Part shown: piece after piece, positions 10,523 through 19,922 of the stretch
Layout of the letters: the number at the start of each line of letters is the position of its first letter
Position numbering within the stretch: position 1 is the stretch's first letter
From: Candidatus Poribacteria bacterium
Lineage (GTDB): Bacteria; Poribacteria; WGA-4E; WGA-3G
Direction: 5' to 3'
Assembly: GCA_965242965.1 (NCBI GenBank)
Contig: OZ251518.1
Location: forward strand, 1,984,001 to 2,048,000
Length of the DNA: 64,000 nt
Translations under genes and position numbers: made by a program
The notes under the pieces: model-generated
Told to the model about the DNA's origin: nothing
The model's database searches: none
What the model saw: the letters and a program-made list of their open reading frames with translations, nothing else

Positions 10523-10893
10523 GAGGGTTCGTCTTCCTCCAATTCCGGTAAGTCTCGCCAGATTTCAGGGCCTTCCGGCTTGAAATTAATGGTGGCGATG
10601 AACTGCATGCCGTGATAGAAGTTGATTTTGAACTTCCCGCCGCCGAAATGCTGCTTGAGGTAGTCCAAGGGGGTTTCAATCAGCGGTCCCATTTCGTCCG
10701 CGTGGTAAAAAGCGAGGGGTTTAAAGCGCACCGTATTGCCGACCGGTTCCTGAACGAGGAGGCGCGCCGATGTCGCAGGGAACAGCACTTTAAACGCGCC
10801 CCACAGGTCATCGACTGTCGGGTTTGGCTTGCCTAATCGCTTTTTGAAGTCGTTCTCCAAGTATTCCGAGAACGTGTTAAATACCCATTCCAT
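10519..10893 (-). CDS. Hypothetical protein, 124 aa
   Basis: AAAGGAG RBS, ATG, translationally coupled to the HEAT-repeat gene. Confidence 0.7.
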   Translation of the reverse strand: MEWVFNTFSEYLENDFKKRLGKPNPTVDDLWGAFKVLFPATSARLLVQEPVGNTVRFKPLAFYHADEMGPLIETPLDYLKQHFGGGKFKINFYHGMQFIATINFKPEGPEIWRDLPELEEDEPS

Positions 10894-10985
10894 GATGGAA
10901 CTCCTTTGTCGCGCTAGAGCGGTGCCTTCAAGAAGTCCTTCCAGTCAAAATGAGGCAGAGGGAACTCCTCCGTGGCTTTGCATTG

Positions 10986-11543
10986 TCAGAACGTGGCGGC
11001 TTTCTCGAAGAATTCGATATCGACACGTTCGATCTGCGCGGCGCGGGCATTCTCGGCGACACGCTGGACAACCATCTCGCGCACGAACGGAATCGGGATG
11101 CGCTTCACGCGATGCACAACTTCCTCCGTGCAAGGCACGTTCGTGTTGTCAAGAAAAGGACCATCGTGCATCGGCATTTCATCCGGATGTTCGCACGTTT
11201 CCGGCACCAATTGTTGCAAACGCATGGAGACGTAGTCGGTTACCCACTGCTTTAATGCCGCCGCGCTATCTGCAGCAGAAGCGTCCGTCTCATTTGCGAG
11301 CATCGAGACCGGGAGGTCTCTCCTACCCGCCGCGCTGTTTGCAGGAGGCGCGTTTCCCTGGGCTTGACTCCCTGTGCCGTTGTCGGTGGAAGAGCCCTCG
11401 CTGTTGTGATTGTCCTGCGCGTCGCTTGATAAACGCGCGTTCCAATCTAATTTCTGATTGATGCTGACGAGGAGGCTCTCCACGTTGGTGAGGCGTTCCT
11501 CAACGTCTGTCAGCCGTTCTTGTAAGTGAATGTTTTCGCTCAT
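10986..11543 (-). CDS. Coiled-coil + C-terminal PCP_red-like domain protein
   Basis: GGAGG RBS; CTEEVVHRVKRIPIPFVREMVVQRVAENARAAQIERVD resembles the PCP_red (BchB C-terminal) pattern. Confidence 0.7.
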   Translation of the reverse strand: MSENIHLQERLTDVEERLTNVESLLVSINQKLDWNARLSSDAQDNHNSEGSSTDNGTGSQAQGNAPPANSAAGRRDLPVSMLANETDASAADSAAALKQWVTDYVSMRLQQLVPETCEHPDEMPMHDGPFLDNTNVPCTEEVVHRVKRIPIPFVREMVVQRVAENARAAQIERVDIEFFEKAATF

Positions 11544-11596
11544 ATTTCCTCCGTGTGCCTCAAATGAGGCTTTTTATTTCCAAAACCGCACCTTTC

Positions 11597-11883
11597 CGTA
11601 GGGCGAGGGCCTGTCCCTCGCCATGCAACGATCGCGGGGGACAGGCCCCCGCACTACGTTACAAACAGGCCCGCCTTTCCAAAACAGGCCCACCTTTCCG
11701 TAGGGCGAGGGCCTGTCCCTCGCCGTGCTTGCGGGGGACAGGCCCCCGCCCTACGTTCAAAAATCGAGACCAGGAGGTCTCTCCTGCCTCGCTATGCAAC
11801 GATCGCGGGGGACAGGCCCCCGCACTACGGGCCAAATAGGGCAAGATACGTTCCAAAATCGAGACCGGGAGGTCTCTCCTACC
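11597..11883. repeat. Intergenic REP mosaic
   Basis: Five CCTGT-loop and two GAGACC-type hairpins. Confidence 0.9.
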
Positions 11884-11895
11884 GCACCATGCTAC

Positions 11896-13200
11896 TTAAC
11901 GCCGCGGCGCGAATGACGGCATGCCTGTCTTATCAAACCGCTTTTTAACCGCCTTCATGAGTTCCGGCGTAATTTCCCGATGTCCATGTTCGCGGGCATA
12001 TTTTTCGACGCTTTTGATAACCATCCCTCTTGCGAAGGAAGGCACGCGCTTTAACCGCTTCTGTGCCGCCGCATTCCATTGCAAATCGTAAGCCGGCTCA
12101 CTCGCGAACGCCGTAGCGTTTGCAAATTGGACAGGCGGCCGTTGCTGCCCCGGTTGATATTCGCACGATGCATCGGCGGCGAGGTAATTACCGGTGTCGG
12201 CGTAGGCACGCGCTCGGCATCCGCCGCAAACTTCTCGGAATTCACACGCGCCGCATTTCCCCTCAAGCAGGGTGCGGTCCCGCAATTCCTGAAACGTCTC
12301 CGCTTCATTCCAAAGTTTAACGAAACTTTCCGATTTCAGGTTACCGACGCTTACCGGCAGATAGGGACACGGTGTCAACTCTCCTTCCGGCGAGATTCGG
12401 CAGTAATAGATACCACACGGGCATGTGCCGCTCGGATAGCCTTGCAGGAAGGCGGAGTCCGACTGCTGTTCATAAATGACGCGTTTATAGTGCGGCGCGC
12501 ACTTCGCGGCGATGAGCATCTTCCCACTGTAGTCCGCCTGCAGTTGGAACATTGTCTCCAGCATTTTCTCATATTGCGCTGCAGACAAATCCATCACTGT
12601 CTTCCCTCTTCCCGTCCGCACGAGAAAGTAGAGGTTCAGCACCTTCGCGCCGAGTTGATAAGCGAACTCGACAATCCGCGGGATTTCATCGTAATTCCAC
12701 TGCGTCACCGAGGTTTGGACGAGGAAGTCAAGTTTTGCGCGTTTGAGTGCTTCAACCCCGTTCATCGTCGCCTTCCACGCGCCTTCCATCCCGCGAAACC
12801 TATCGTGGTTAGTGGGTTGAATAGAATCAATGCTGAGCCCTGCGCCGGTAACGCCGTGCCGTTGCATCTGTTCAACGACTTCGTCGTTCAGTAGCACACC
12901 GTTCGTGCCCATCACGACGAGGAACCCGGTATCGGCGGCGTATTTAGAAATCTCCAAAATATCGGGACGCAACAGCGGTTCGCCGCCGGTGAGGATGAGC
13001 AGGATGTTCGGGTTAATCTCGGCTATCTCGTCAATAATGCGGAAACATTGCGCTTGGCTGAGCTCCGCCTCGCGGTGATAGCCTTGCGGGAACTCGTCCG
13101 TATCCACGAACCCCGCGGGTAGGTAGCAGTGCATGCATTTCAGGTTACATAACCGCGTGATATTCCACGAAACCGCCTGAACTTTGGTTTGATTTTCCAT
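11896..13200 (-). CDS. Radical SAM/SPASM protein (AhbC/AhbD/NirJ-like) with C-terminal PCP_red domain
   Basis: WNITRLCNLKCMHCY, TGGEPLLR, CPCG..YCRI..G..TPC, CGACEF...CGGCRARA, tail WNAAAQKRLKRVPSFARGMVIKSVEKYA. Confidence 0.85.
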   Translation of the reverse strand: MENQTKVQAVSWNITRLCNLKCMHCYLPAGFVDTDEFPQGYHREAELSQAQCFRIIDEIAEINPNILLILTGGEPLLRPDILEISKYAADTGFLVVMGTNGVLLNDEVVEQMQRHGVTGAGLSIDSIQPTNHDRFRGMEGAWKATMNGVEALKRAKLDFLVQTSVTQWNYDEIPRIVEFAYQLGAKVLNLYFLVRTGRGKTVMDLSAAQYEKMLETMFQLQADYSGKMLIAAKCAPHYKRVIYEQQSDSAFLQGYPSGTCPCGIYYCRISPEGELTPCPYLPVSVGNLKSESFVKLWNEAETFQELRDRTLLEGKCGACEFREVCGGCRARAYADTGNYLAADASCEYQPGQQRPPVQFANATAFASEPAYDLQWNAAAQKRLKRVPSFARGMVIKSVEKYAREHGHREITPELMKAVKKRFDKTGMPSFAPRR

Positions 13201-13201
13201 T

Positions 13202-13654
13202 TTATCCTTTAAATCGTAAAGCGATGCCGAAAACAATTAAGCCTGCGATGAGCGTCAAACCGCCGAAGAGATTGACAGTTGCGCTCGGAGCGCGCTGTCC
13301 GTTTTCTTCTTCAAGGTGCCGCCGGTATAGTGCACTGTGAAGTCCCCAAAATAGTGCCATGCCTCCGAACGCCGCGAGTTTCACAACAAAGTTTAGCATA
13401 TAATCCACTTTGAATGCCATATCATTATTCCATGCGACGATAAAGAACACCATCGCGCCTGTTGTGAGGAGGACATGAATCATGAGACGTATCCAGCGTC
13501 GGAGGCGATTATGGATTGCCAGTAGCGCGTCGTTCGGCAAGTGTCGCCGCACAATCGGCATAGCGATGAAGGTAGAGAAAACTACGCCGCCGAACCAGAC
13601 TATCGCTGCGATGAGGTGTATGCATCGGATGCAGAGTTCTACGATTGTGCGCAT
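13202..13654 (-). CDS. Four-TM membrane protein, CopD/DUF4149-like
   Basis: IHLIAAIVWFGG motif, four hydrophobic helices. Confidence 0.65.
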   Translation of the reverse strand: MRTIVELCIRCIHLIAAIVWFGGVVFSTFIAMPIVRRHLPNDALLAIHNRLRRWIRLMIHVLLTTGAMVFFIVAWNNDMAFKVDYMLNFVVKLAAFGGMALFWGLHSALYRRHLEEENGQRAPSATVNLFGGLTLIAGLIVFGIALRFKG

Positions 13655-13726
13655 TTTCGATTTAAGCCTTGTTAAAGAGATTCACGATTTTGTCGGGTTA
13701 ATGATAACCTTTTCGGGGTGCAGAAG

Positions 13727-14608
13727 TCAACCTTGCGTTTTGCCCAGTTCAGCCTTCCCTGTAACGAGTGGGCAAATCCCTTCAAATTCAAGGATAGTCG
13801 CGGGGCGAATCGAAAAGTACTGATGTCTTCGTCCTTTAAACCGCACCTTTAACGCGGGGCCCTTACGAAAGGTTTGGTATCGAGGGTGTGGATATCCGCC
13901 ATTTAAGTTAACCGGTATATCCTCTTCCCGCAGTTCCAAATCAAGTTGGAGGATTTCTTCGACGGTATAGGACAACTTCAGGTAAAGCACGGCTACCAAG
14001 CGGGCAAACTTCTGGAATAGGACTGGCGTTTCGCGAAACGCTTGATAGAGTTGAGGGAACGGTGATTCATGAATTGCTAGGCCATTCTCGTGTTCAAGTG
14101 AGATGCCGTTCCGCACCCGGTATTCAAATAGCCATGGGCTGGCGGCCCCGAGTTTCTCGTCCAGAAGAATCCGCCGTGCTCGGAGTTCGGCGAGCTGGTC
14201 ACCGGTTAATTCCCCGAATCTCTTCTCATGATGCAAGCCCTGCGCCTTGCTCCTTTTCAGACTAACCTCCCAACCAGAAGAGGTTTCGGAAACTGCTTGA
14301 GGCGCAACCCACGCGGCGTAGTTGCGGTGCGCAAAAGCGAAATCTCCATCAGTGCCTGTTTTTAAGGAATGCAGAAATCCGCACTCTTCGGGTGATTCCG
14401 GCAGAAGTTTGAGAGAAATTTCGGATGAGGTCGCGTGTGCTTCTTGCACCCGAACAAAATACTGGCTCCGTTTTGTTGGACGGAGGAGCACAAATTCGCA
14501 AGGTTCGCTCTCCAGCGGCACAGTAGCCGTGAGGGCACCGCCACTCGGTTGCGGAATGGCCCCTTGATACCTTTCCATAAAAGTGAGTTCATAAATGTGT
14601 TGCGGCAT
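13727..14608 (-). CDS. Hypothetical protein, 293 aa
   Basis: Long ORF with GGAGG RBS; no family recognised. Confidence 0.65.
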   Translation of the reverse strand: MPQHIYELTFMERYQGAIPQPSGGALTATVPLESEPCEFVLLRPTKRSQYFVRVQEAHATSSEISLKLLPESPEECGFLHSLKTGTDGDFAFAHRNYAAWVAPQAVSETSSGWEVSLKRSKAQGLHHEKRFGELTGDQLAELRARRILLDEKLGAASPWLFEYRVRNGISLEHENGLAIHESPFPQLYQAFRETPVLFQKFARLVAVLYLKLSYTVEEILQLDLELREEDIPVNLNGGYPHPRYQTFRKGPALKVRFKGRRHQYFSIRPATILEFEGICPLVTGKAELGKTQG

Positions 14609-14640
14609 TTTTAGCCTCCAAGATTACGCGAGCGTCTCCG

Positions 14641-15369
14641 CTAGGGTGTAGTTGACAGCGGTGCGCGAGAGTCAATAATCCGAAGCAAGTGACTTGCGAA
14701 GATGATGAGTTCTGCAGCTTCATCGGCTGCAACGGAGACATTCCGATGGCTATGCGGGTTTTTGTAAAGGCCGATTGCGCCGGCGAACAGTTGGTGCGTG
14801 GCATCCTTTTCCGCCTGTGGTTGGTTCGCGTCTGTCAGCGGTCCGTCCTGAGCGTGGAAGGCTTGTCGCATCAAGTGAACGCCGTAATCTGTATCAGAAT
14901 AACCACCTGCATCCCGAACGGCGACTTCCACCTCTTTGAACGCTAGGAGGACAGCCGTGCCGTAATTACCCCGTGAGAAGGCATACCATACCTCTGTGGC
15001 CAACGCTGGATGCAGTAGGGATTTTGGTAATAGATTTGCGAGACGATAGGCATCCAGGTCTCTAGCATTTTCTATGCGGAGTCCCCGTCTCGTAATGAAA
15101 ATCCACTCTCCTTGACTACCAGGGCTAGGGGCGATTAAACCTTCTTTTTCAAGCCACATCCACCCTTCCATGAGATCACGACTAATGCTCTTCTGATGCT
15201 CCTGGGGATAGTCTGCTACCGTATGCGGCATACTGAAGTTATAGCGATTGAGTTCGGGACTTCCCCCTGGGAGGGATTTCAGATATTCCAAAATGACTCC
15301 TGCTAATTCCTCCGGTTCAAGGTTTAGCAAGAGTTCGTGGTCTGGAATAAGTTCGTAGATAGATGGCAT
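14641..15369 (-). CDS. TIGR02391 family protein
   Basis: AFKEVEVAVR, G..LMRQAF, LFAGAIGLYKNPHSH signature. Confidence 0.85.
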   Translation of the reverse strand: MPSIYELIPDHELLLNLEPEELAGVILEYLKSLPGGSPELNRYNFSMPHTVADYPQEHQKSISRDLMEGWMWLEKEGLIAPSPGSQGEWIFITRRGLRIENARDLDAYRLANLLPKSLLHPALATEVWYAFSRGNYGTAVLLAFKEVEVAVRDAGGYSDTDYGVHLMRQAFHAQDGPLTDANQPQAEKDATHQLFAGAIGLYKNPHSHRNVSVAADEAAELIIFASHLLRIIDSRAPLSTTP

Positions 15370-15422
15370 CGTTTACCTCAAAGCGAGTTTCATCGCGCGG
15401 GGTGGGCGCATCAACCGATTTC

Positions 15423-17123
15423 TCACTGCGGTGCCAGCATCGCCTTGATGTCTGCCGGCAGCTGAGCATCGATTATCCGCTCAAAGTCTGCAACGCTCTT
15501 GTAGAGGGTGTGAAACAACTCAGAGACATCCAATCCTCTTCTTTCGGCGGCAACCAAGTCCGCTTTGGCTTTGTTCCAATTTTGCAGGCACAGCCAAACG
15601 AGAGCCCTGTTGAAATAAACCAGGGTATCGTGCGGATTTATCCCTAGTGCCGTAGTATAGTCTTCAAGAGCCAGGTCGAATTCCCCCGTGCAGAAGTAAG
15701 CGGCACCGCGATTGCAATAAGCCTTGTTGGTGTTATCGGAACTCAGTTCAATCGCTTTCGTATAATCGGCTATCGCCCGATCGAACGCGCGGTTTTTGCC
15801 GTAAGCAACGCCCCTGTCGTAATAGGCATCCGCGAAATCGGCATTGAGTTTTATCGCCTTGCTCAAGTCTGCGATGGCTTTGTCAGCGTCGCCTGTTTTA
15901 CCATAAAGGTTGCCGCGATTGTAGTAGGCCTTAGCATAATCTGGCTTGAGTTCTATTGCCGTGTTAAAGTCTGCGATCGCCTTTTCTGATTCGCCGGTTT
16001 TGTGATAAACGCTCCCGCGGCTGTTATAGGCTTCGGCGAAACGAGAATCGAGTTCTATCGCCATGTTAAGGTCTTTGAGAGCCCTATCAAAGCTGCCTTC
16101 ATTGCCATAGACATCGCCGCGATTGTGATAGGCATCGGCGTAATCGGGTTTAAGCGTAAGCGCGGTGTTAAAATCACCGATAGCGTTGTTAATTTCGCTC
16201 TTGCGCCTATAAACGTTGCCGCGATTATTATAGGCGATAAAATCATCGGGGTTGAGTTCTATCGCGGTGTTGAAATCGTTGAGAGCCTTGTCAAACTCAC
16301 CTATGTTGCAGTAAGCGATGCCGCGATTGTTATATCCCTCGGCACAACTGGGATTGAGGGCAAGTGCTGTGTTAAAGTTTTCAATAGCCCTATCAACGTT
16401 GCCTTTTCCGCTATAGGCATCACCGCGATTGACATAGGGAATTTCAAAATCAGGTGCCAGTTTTACCGCGATGTTGAAATCCGCGATAGCAAGGTCAAAC
16501 TTACCTTTGTAGAGGTAAGCAACCCCGCGGTTATTATACGCATCGGCATGTTCTGGGTTCAGATCAATTGCATGCGAATAGGCTTCTATCGCCATTTCTA
16601 TTTCCCTAAGCATCCCGAGAAGAAAGTTCCCGTGCTGGAACACCCACTCAAGTAGCGTTTCCTTTTCCGCTGCGTTAGAGGCACGAGCCCGCGTTTCGTT
16701 AACGGCCTTTCGGAGCCCATCCACCACGTTCTGCCAACCTTTGCTCTCAGGATGCCATTCGTTAATCGGCACGCCTTTGTCAGGAAGAGCCTCAAAATTC
16801 TGGAGTTGATGATTGAGCCAATCACAACTCTCAAGGATGATGGGAATGACTCTCATTTCCAACCCTAGTGCTTCGGCTAATTCCTTATTGCAGTTCTTAG
16901 ATGCAAGGCTATCAGCAGAGACAAGGTAGATGAGCAAGTCTGAATCGGCAAGGTGTTTGAGAATGTTTTCCTGACTCGCTTTGTCCCCCGCGGTGAGATC
17001 ACCATCGTGCCAAGTTATGAGTTCGTTTTGCTTCCCCATCACAGCAAGCCGCCTTCTCAATTCGTCCTTTGCTTCAGTGTTTCTATGCGAATAGGCAATG
17101 AAGCCTTTCAGTGGTTTGCACAC
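15423..17123 (-). CDS. TIR domain + tetratricopeptide repeat protein
   Basis: FIAYSH...WHDGDL.AG...LVSADSLASKNCNKEL TIR_2 pattern; about 11 TPRs (AYNNRG..Y...A.ADF..AI.L.P); GTG start 17123 after GGAGG. Confidence 0.85.
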   Translation of the reverse strand: MCKPLKGFIAYSHRNTEAKDELRRRLAVMGKQNELITWHDGDLTAGDKASQENILKHLADSDLLIYLVSADSLASKNCNKELAEALGLEMRVIPIILESCDWLNHQLQNFEALPDKGVPINEWHPESKGWQNVVDGLRKAVNETRARASNAAEKETLLEWVFQHGNFLLGMLREIEMAIEAYSHAIDLNPEHADAYNNRGVAYLYKGKFDLAIADFNIAVKLAPDFEIPYVNRGDAYSGKGNVDRAIENFNTALALNPSCAEGYNNRGIAYCNIGEFDKALNDFNTAIELNPDDFIAYNNRGNVYRRKSEINNAIGDFNTALTLKPDYADAYHNRGDVYGNEGSFDRALKDLNMAIELDSRFAEAYNSRGSVYHKTGESEKAIADFNTAIELKPDYAKAYYNRGNLYGKTGDADKAIADLSKAIKLNADFADAYYDRGVAYGKNRAFDRAIADYTKAIELSSDNTNKAYCNRGAAYFCTGEFDLALEDYTTALGINPHDTLVYFNRALVWLCLQNWNKAKADLVAAERRGLDVSELFHTLYKSVADFERIIDAQLPADIKAMLAPQ

Positions 17124-17288
17124 CCTTTCTTTCCTCCACGATGCAGGTTTTCTGTGTGATGATAACATATCTTGCGAACAAATTTCAATCAAATTCGCAG
17201 AATTTCCAAATAGGCCATCATTTGCGAAAAAAACGCTCAACGACATCCCAAACATGTCTCCTTCTAAGGCTTAAAGAAGCATTTAACT

Positions 17289-17652
17289 GAGGGTGTTTCA
17301 TAATTCGTTCAACGTCGCGGTGACAGGCCCCTTCTACGGTGAAAAAAACGCCGCCCTTCACGTAGGGCGGTGGGAAAACCTGTCCCTCCCCATGCTTGAT
17401 TGCCCCGTTCACCGTAGGGCGAGGGCCTGTCCCTCGCCATGCCTAAGGTCTGTAAGACCTTAATGTCTATAGCATCCTGCATCGCAGCGCACCCTAAGGT
17501 CTGTAGGACCTTAATGTGCAGCGGCTCACCTCGCTGCGGCTTGATTAAGGGCCTAGCGGACCTTGAAAACAGTGGCAAATCTGTTTTTCCATAGACATGT
17601 AGGTGCTAAAGCACCTAAAGAGGCATCCATAACGGAGTTATGAAATACCCTC
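17289..17652. mobile_element. MITE-like cassette with REP cargo
   Basis: TIRs GAGGGTGTTTCATAA / TTATGAAATACCCTC; flanks ATTTAACT / AATTAACC. Confidence 0.7.
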
Positions 17653-17662
17653 AATTAACCCC

Positions 17663-17920
17663 CTATCGGATACGTCTCATGTACTCGTCGTGTTTTCCAA
17701 TCCAAAACCAGACGAGAGTTCCCTTTCGTTCAAAAGCCAACATCCGATAGGCACTGCTGATTCGTGCAACCTACAGTGTCTTGACTTTTTTCAGATGCAG
17801 AGATGGGTGCCGTGGATTTTCAGACAGGAATTCGACTTTCCTGATAGCACGTTTTTGAACGTTTCGTGGAAGTCTGTCATAACATTCCCAAAAATCGTCG
17901 TGCAGGCTATGTTTCTTCAT
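17663..17920 (-). pseudogene. RelE/ParE-like toxin with an in-frame TAG at codon 50
   Basis: Manual translation MKKHSLHDDFWECYDRLPRNVQKRA...NPRHPSLHLKKVKTL*VARISSAYRML...WFWIGKHDEY; ATGA overlap with antitoxin. Confidence 0.8.
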
Positions 17921-18366
17921 AACACTTCGTGCGTATAAGCGCGAAAATCAGAAAGCCTTGGGGCTCTTCCGGCGTTTGCGATTTTAAATCCTGTCAAGGC
18001 AGGCTTGGAAAATTGACCCACAGACTCCAAGACATCTGATGATGAATACTGAGCGAGAAACGAAGCCACATCCTCGCATTTGCCCGCATCAAAATCGGCA
18101 ATGACGCGCTCGGCGATAGCATCAAATTTCCCGGCATCCACGTCTACCTCAAGTTGTTTATCCCAAGCATCCGCATGCGCTGCCAATGCCTCCAAAAGCC
18201 TGACTTCCAGCGTTTGCACTAAGGCTTCTTTCGTTTTTTCGCGGCACTTCACCTCAGGGAATTCTTGGATCAGCCCACTCCACTCGCTACCATTCTCCCA
18301 AATATTGGCAGTATAGAGCTCGCCATCCTCCAGAGTTTGGATTTCGTGAGTATAAACGCGTGTCAT
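17917..18366 (-). CDS. Putative antitoxin (HicB-like N-terminus + AWDKQ.E.D..AGK.D motif)
   Basis: AAGGAG RBS; WSGLIQEFPEVKCREKTKEAL; directly upstream of and coupled to the toxin. Confidence 0.65.
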   Translation of the reverse strand: MTRVYTHEIQTLEDGELYTANIWENGSEWSGLIQEFPEVKCREKTKEALVQTLEVRLLEALAAHADAWDKQLEVDVDAGKFDAIAERVIADFDAGKCEDVASFLAQYSSSDVLESVGQFSKPALTGFKIANAGRAPRLSDFRAYTHEVL

Positions 18367-18376
18367 GCGTGACTCC

Positions 18377-18913
18377 TTAAAACTGCGAGGGGAAACTCCC
18401 ACGCGCAGCATCCATCACTTCCGCAGTTATCTCGGCATAGCCGTTGTCTTTCGCGAACGTTTCAATACCCATCTTTGCCATCGGACGGACAAAACTCGGA
18501 ATCCGCTCCAAGCGAGATAATGCCTCCGCTGACCAGGTAGGACCGGCGGGTTCCGCCTTCGTCGGCTCTTCTTCCTCAAACGCGCCTGCGATGACAGACG
18601 TAAACGGACACTTGCCACCCTCAGCGGTGCCCGACGCGTTTGCATCTTGGGCAGCAGGCGTGGCGGGCATCGGCTCGCGTTTGGCGGTTCCGAGCTGCGA
18701 ACGCACCATCTGCATCGGTTGCGCCGCCTCGGCACTGCCGCCTAACTGCAAGTCCAAGGATTTCAGCATTTGGGTTTCCCACGGGTTGAGGAACATAGCG
18801 AATTCCATGAAGCAATCCGGACATTCAAACACGGCGGTGACGGAACCTTGCTCAGGACGCATCACGTCTTTGAATTTCATCGCTGTATCGCATTCTCGGC
18901 ATAAGAATTTCAT
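18377..18913 (-). CDS. Zinc-finger (CxxC...CxxC) + PCP_red domain protein
   Basis: MKFLCREC...FECPDC, GKCPF, WSAEALSRLERIPSFVRPMAKMGIETFA. Confidence 0.8.
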   Translation of the reverse strand: MKFLCRECDTAMKFKDVMRPEQGSVTAVFECPDCFMEFAMFLNPWETQMLKSLDLQLGGSAEAAQPMQMVRSQLGTAKREPMPATPAAQDANASGTAEGGKCPFTSVIAGAFEEEEPTKAEPAGPTWSAEALSRLERIPSFVRPMAKMGIETFAKDNGYAEITAEVMDAARGSFPSQF

Positions 18914-19788
18914 CGTTGAATCTCCTTAAAGAAATGTTGAATTTGCGCAGCAACTGCTGTGAGTGCTACGCTTGCGGGAGTGTTCGGGTATTCACGCAAA
19001 TAAGGCACCCCCTTGTCACCACAATAGGCAAGTCTCGGGTCGAAGGGAATACTACCGAGTGTCCCTTCAATGCCCGACTCCTCCGTGGAAAAGAGGGGTT
19101 CCTTTTCGCCACAATGCTGGCAGATATGAAACGCCATGTTCTCGACAACGCCGATAACCGGAACGTTCAGAATCTGTCGCGCCATCGCCAACGATTTTTT
19201 GACGATGAATTGCGACACCTCGGACGGAATCGTCACGACGATAACGCCGCCGAGGTTTGGGATCAGTTCAACAACGTTTGGAATCCTGTCTGTGCCTGGC
19301 GGCAGATCGAGCAGGAGATAGTCTAATTCTCCCCAGTCGGTATCACCGATGAACTCTCGGAGCGCGCCGACTTCCATCGTGGCACGCCAAGTGTAGGCAT
19401 CTTTCTGGGTGGGCGCATTCCACAGAACGGGTGCCTCATCCTCGGCGAGGAGTAAGTCCATCGAGATAACCTTGATGCCGAGGGCGTTGACTGCCGGCGT
19501 GACACCCGCAGGCGAATATTCAAGCGCGGCATTTCGCACCCCCATCATTTTCGCGATTGACGGCCCGTTGATGTCAGCGTCAACGACACCGACAGTTTCG
19601 CCTTGTAGCGCAAGTGCAACAGCAAGGTTCGAGGTAATCGCACTCTTGCCGACACCGCCTTTCCCGCTCAGAATCGCGACGGTGTGTTTGACATCGGCAA
19701 GCCGTTTTTGCAGCCGATTGAACTGGCCGGCAACTTGTCCAATAATGTTGGAACCTGCATCATCCGGGAGTTCTTTGTAGGTTTTCAT
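18910..19788 (-). CDS. mrp: Mrp/ApbC/NBP35 Fe-S cluster carrier ATPase
   Basis: SGKGGVGKS, DADINGPS, LDYLLLDLPPGT, GVVENM..HICQHC; start moved to 19788. Confidence 0.9.
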   Translation of the reverse strand: MKTYKELPDDAGSNIIGQVAGQFNRLQKRLADVKHTVAILSGKGGVGKSAITSNLAVALALQGETVGVVDADINGPSIAKMMGVRNAALEYSPAGVTPAVNALGIKVISMDLLLAEDEAPVLWNAPTQKDAYTWRATMEVGALREFIGDTDWGELDYLLLDLPPGTDRIPNVVELIPNLGGVIVVTIPSEVSQFIVKKSLAMARQILNVPVIGVVENMAFHICQHCGEKEPLFSTEESGIEGTLGSIPFDPRLAYCGDKGVPYLREYPNTPASVALTAVAAQIQHFFKEIQR

Positions 19789-19795
19789 AACCATA

Positions 19796-19824
19796 ATTAT
19801 AGCAAATTTTACTGCAAATGTCAA
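19796..19824 (-). promoter_or_regulatory. Consensus sigma70 promoter, probably leaderless mrp transcript
   Basis: TTGACA-17-TATAAT with extended TG, 7 nt before ATG 19788. Confidence 0.75.
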
Positions 19825-19886
19825 TTTTTTTTCAACTGTTTTCTGAATTGGACAGGCGGCGCGCCAGATATGAAAAATTTCTCCAC

Positions 19887-19916
19887 TTGACAAAAATCCG
19901 CTAGCACTGCTAAAAT
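19887..19916 (+). promoter_or_regulatory. Divergent sigma70 promoter, probably leaderless
   Basis: TTGACA-18-TAAAAT with extended TG, 6 nt before ATG 19923. Confidence 0.65.
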
Positions 19917-19922
19917 AGGGTT

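Noticed and set aside
17771-17773. Pyrrolysine or amber recoding in the toxin
   Set aside because: TAG is used as a normal stop in several genes here and no pyl genes are seen; a nonsense mutation is simpler
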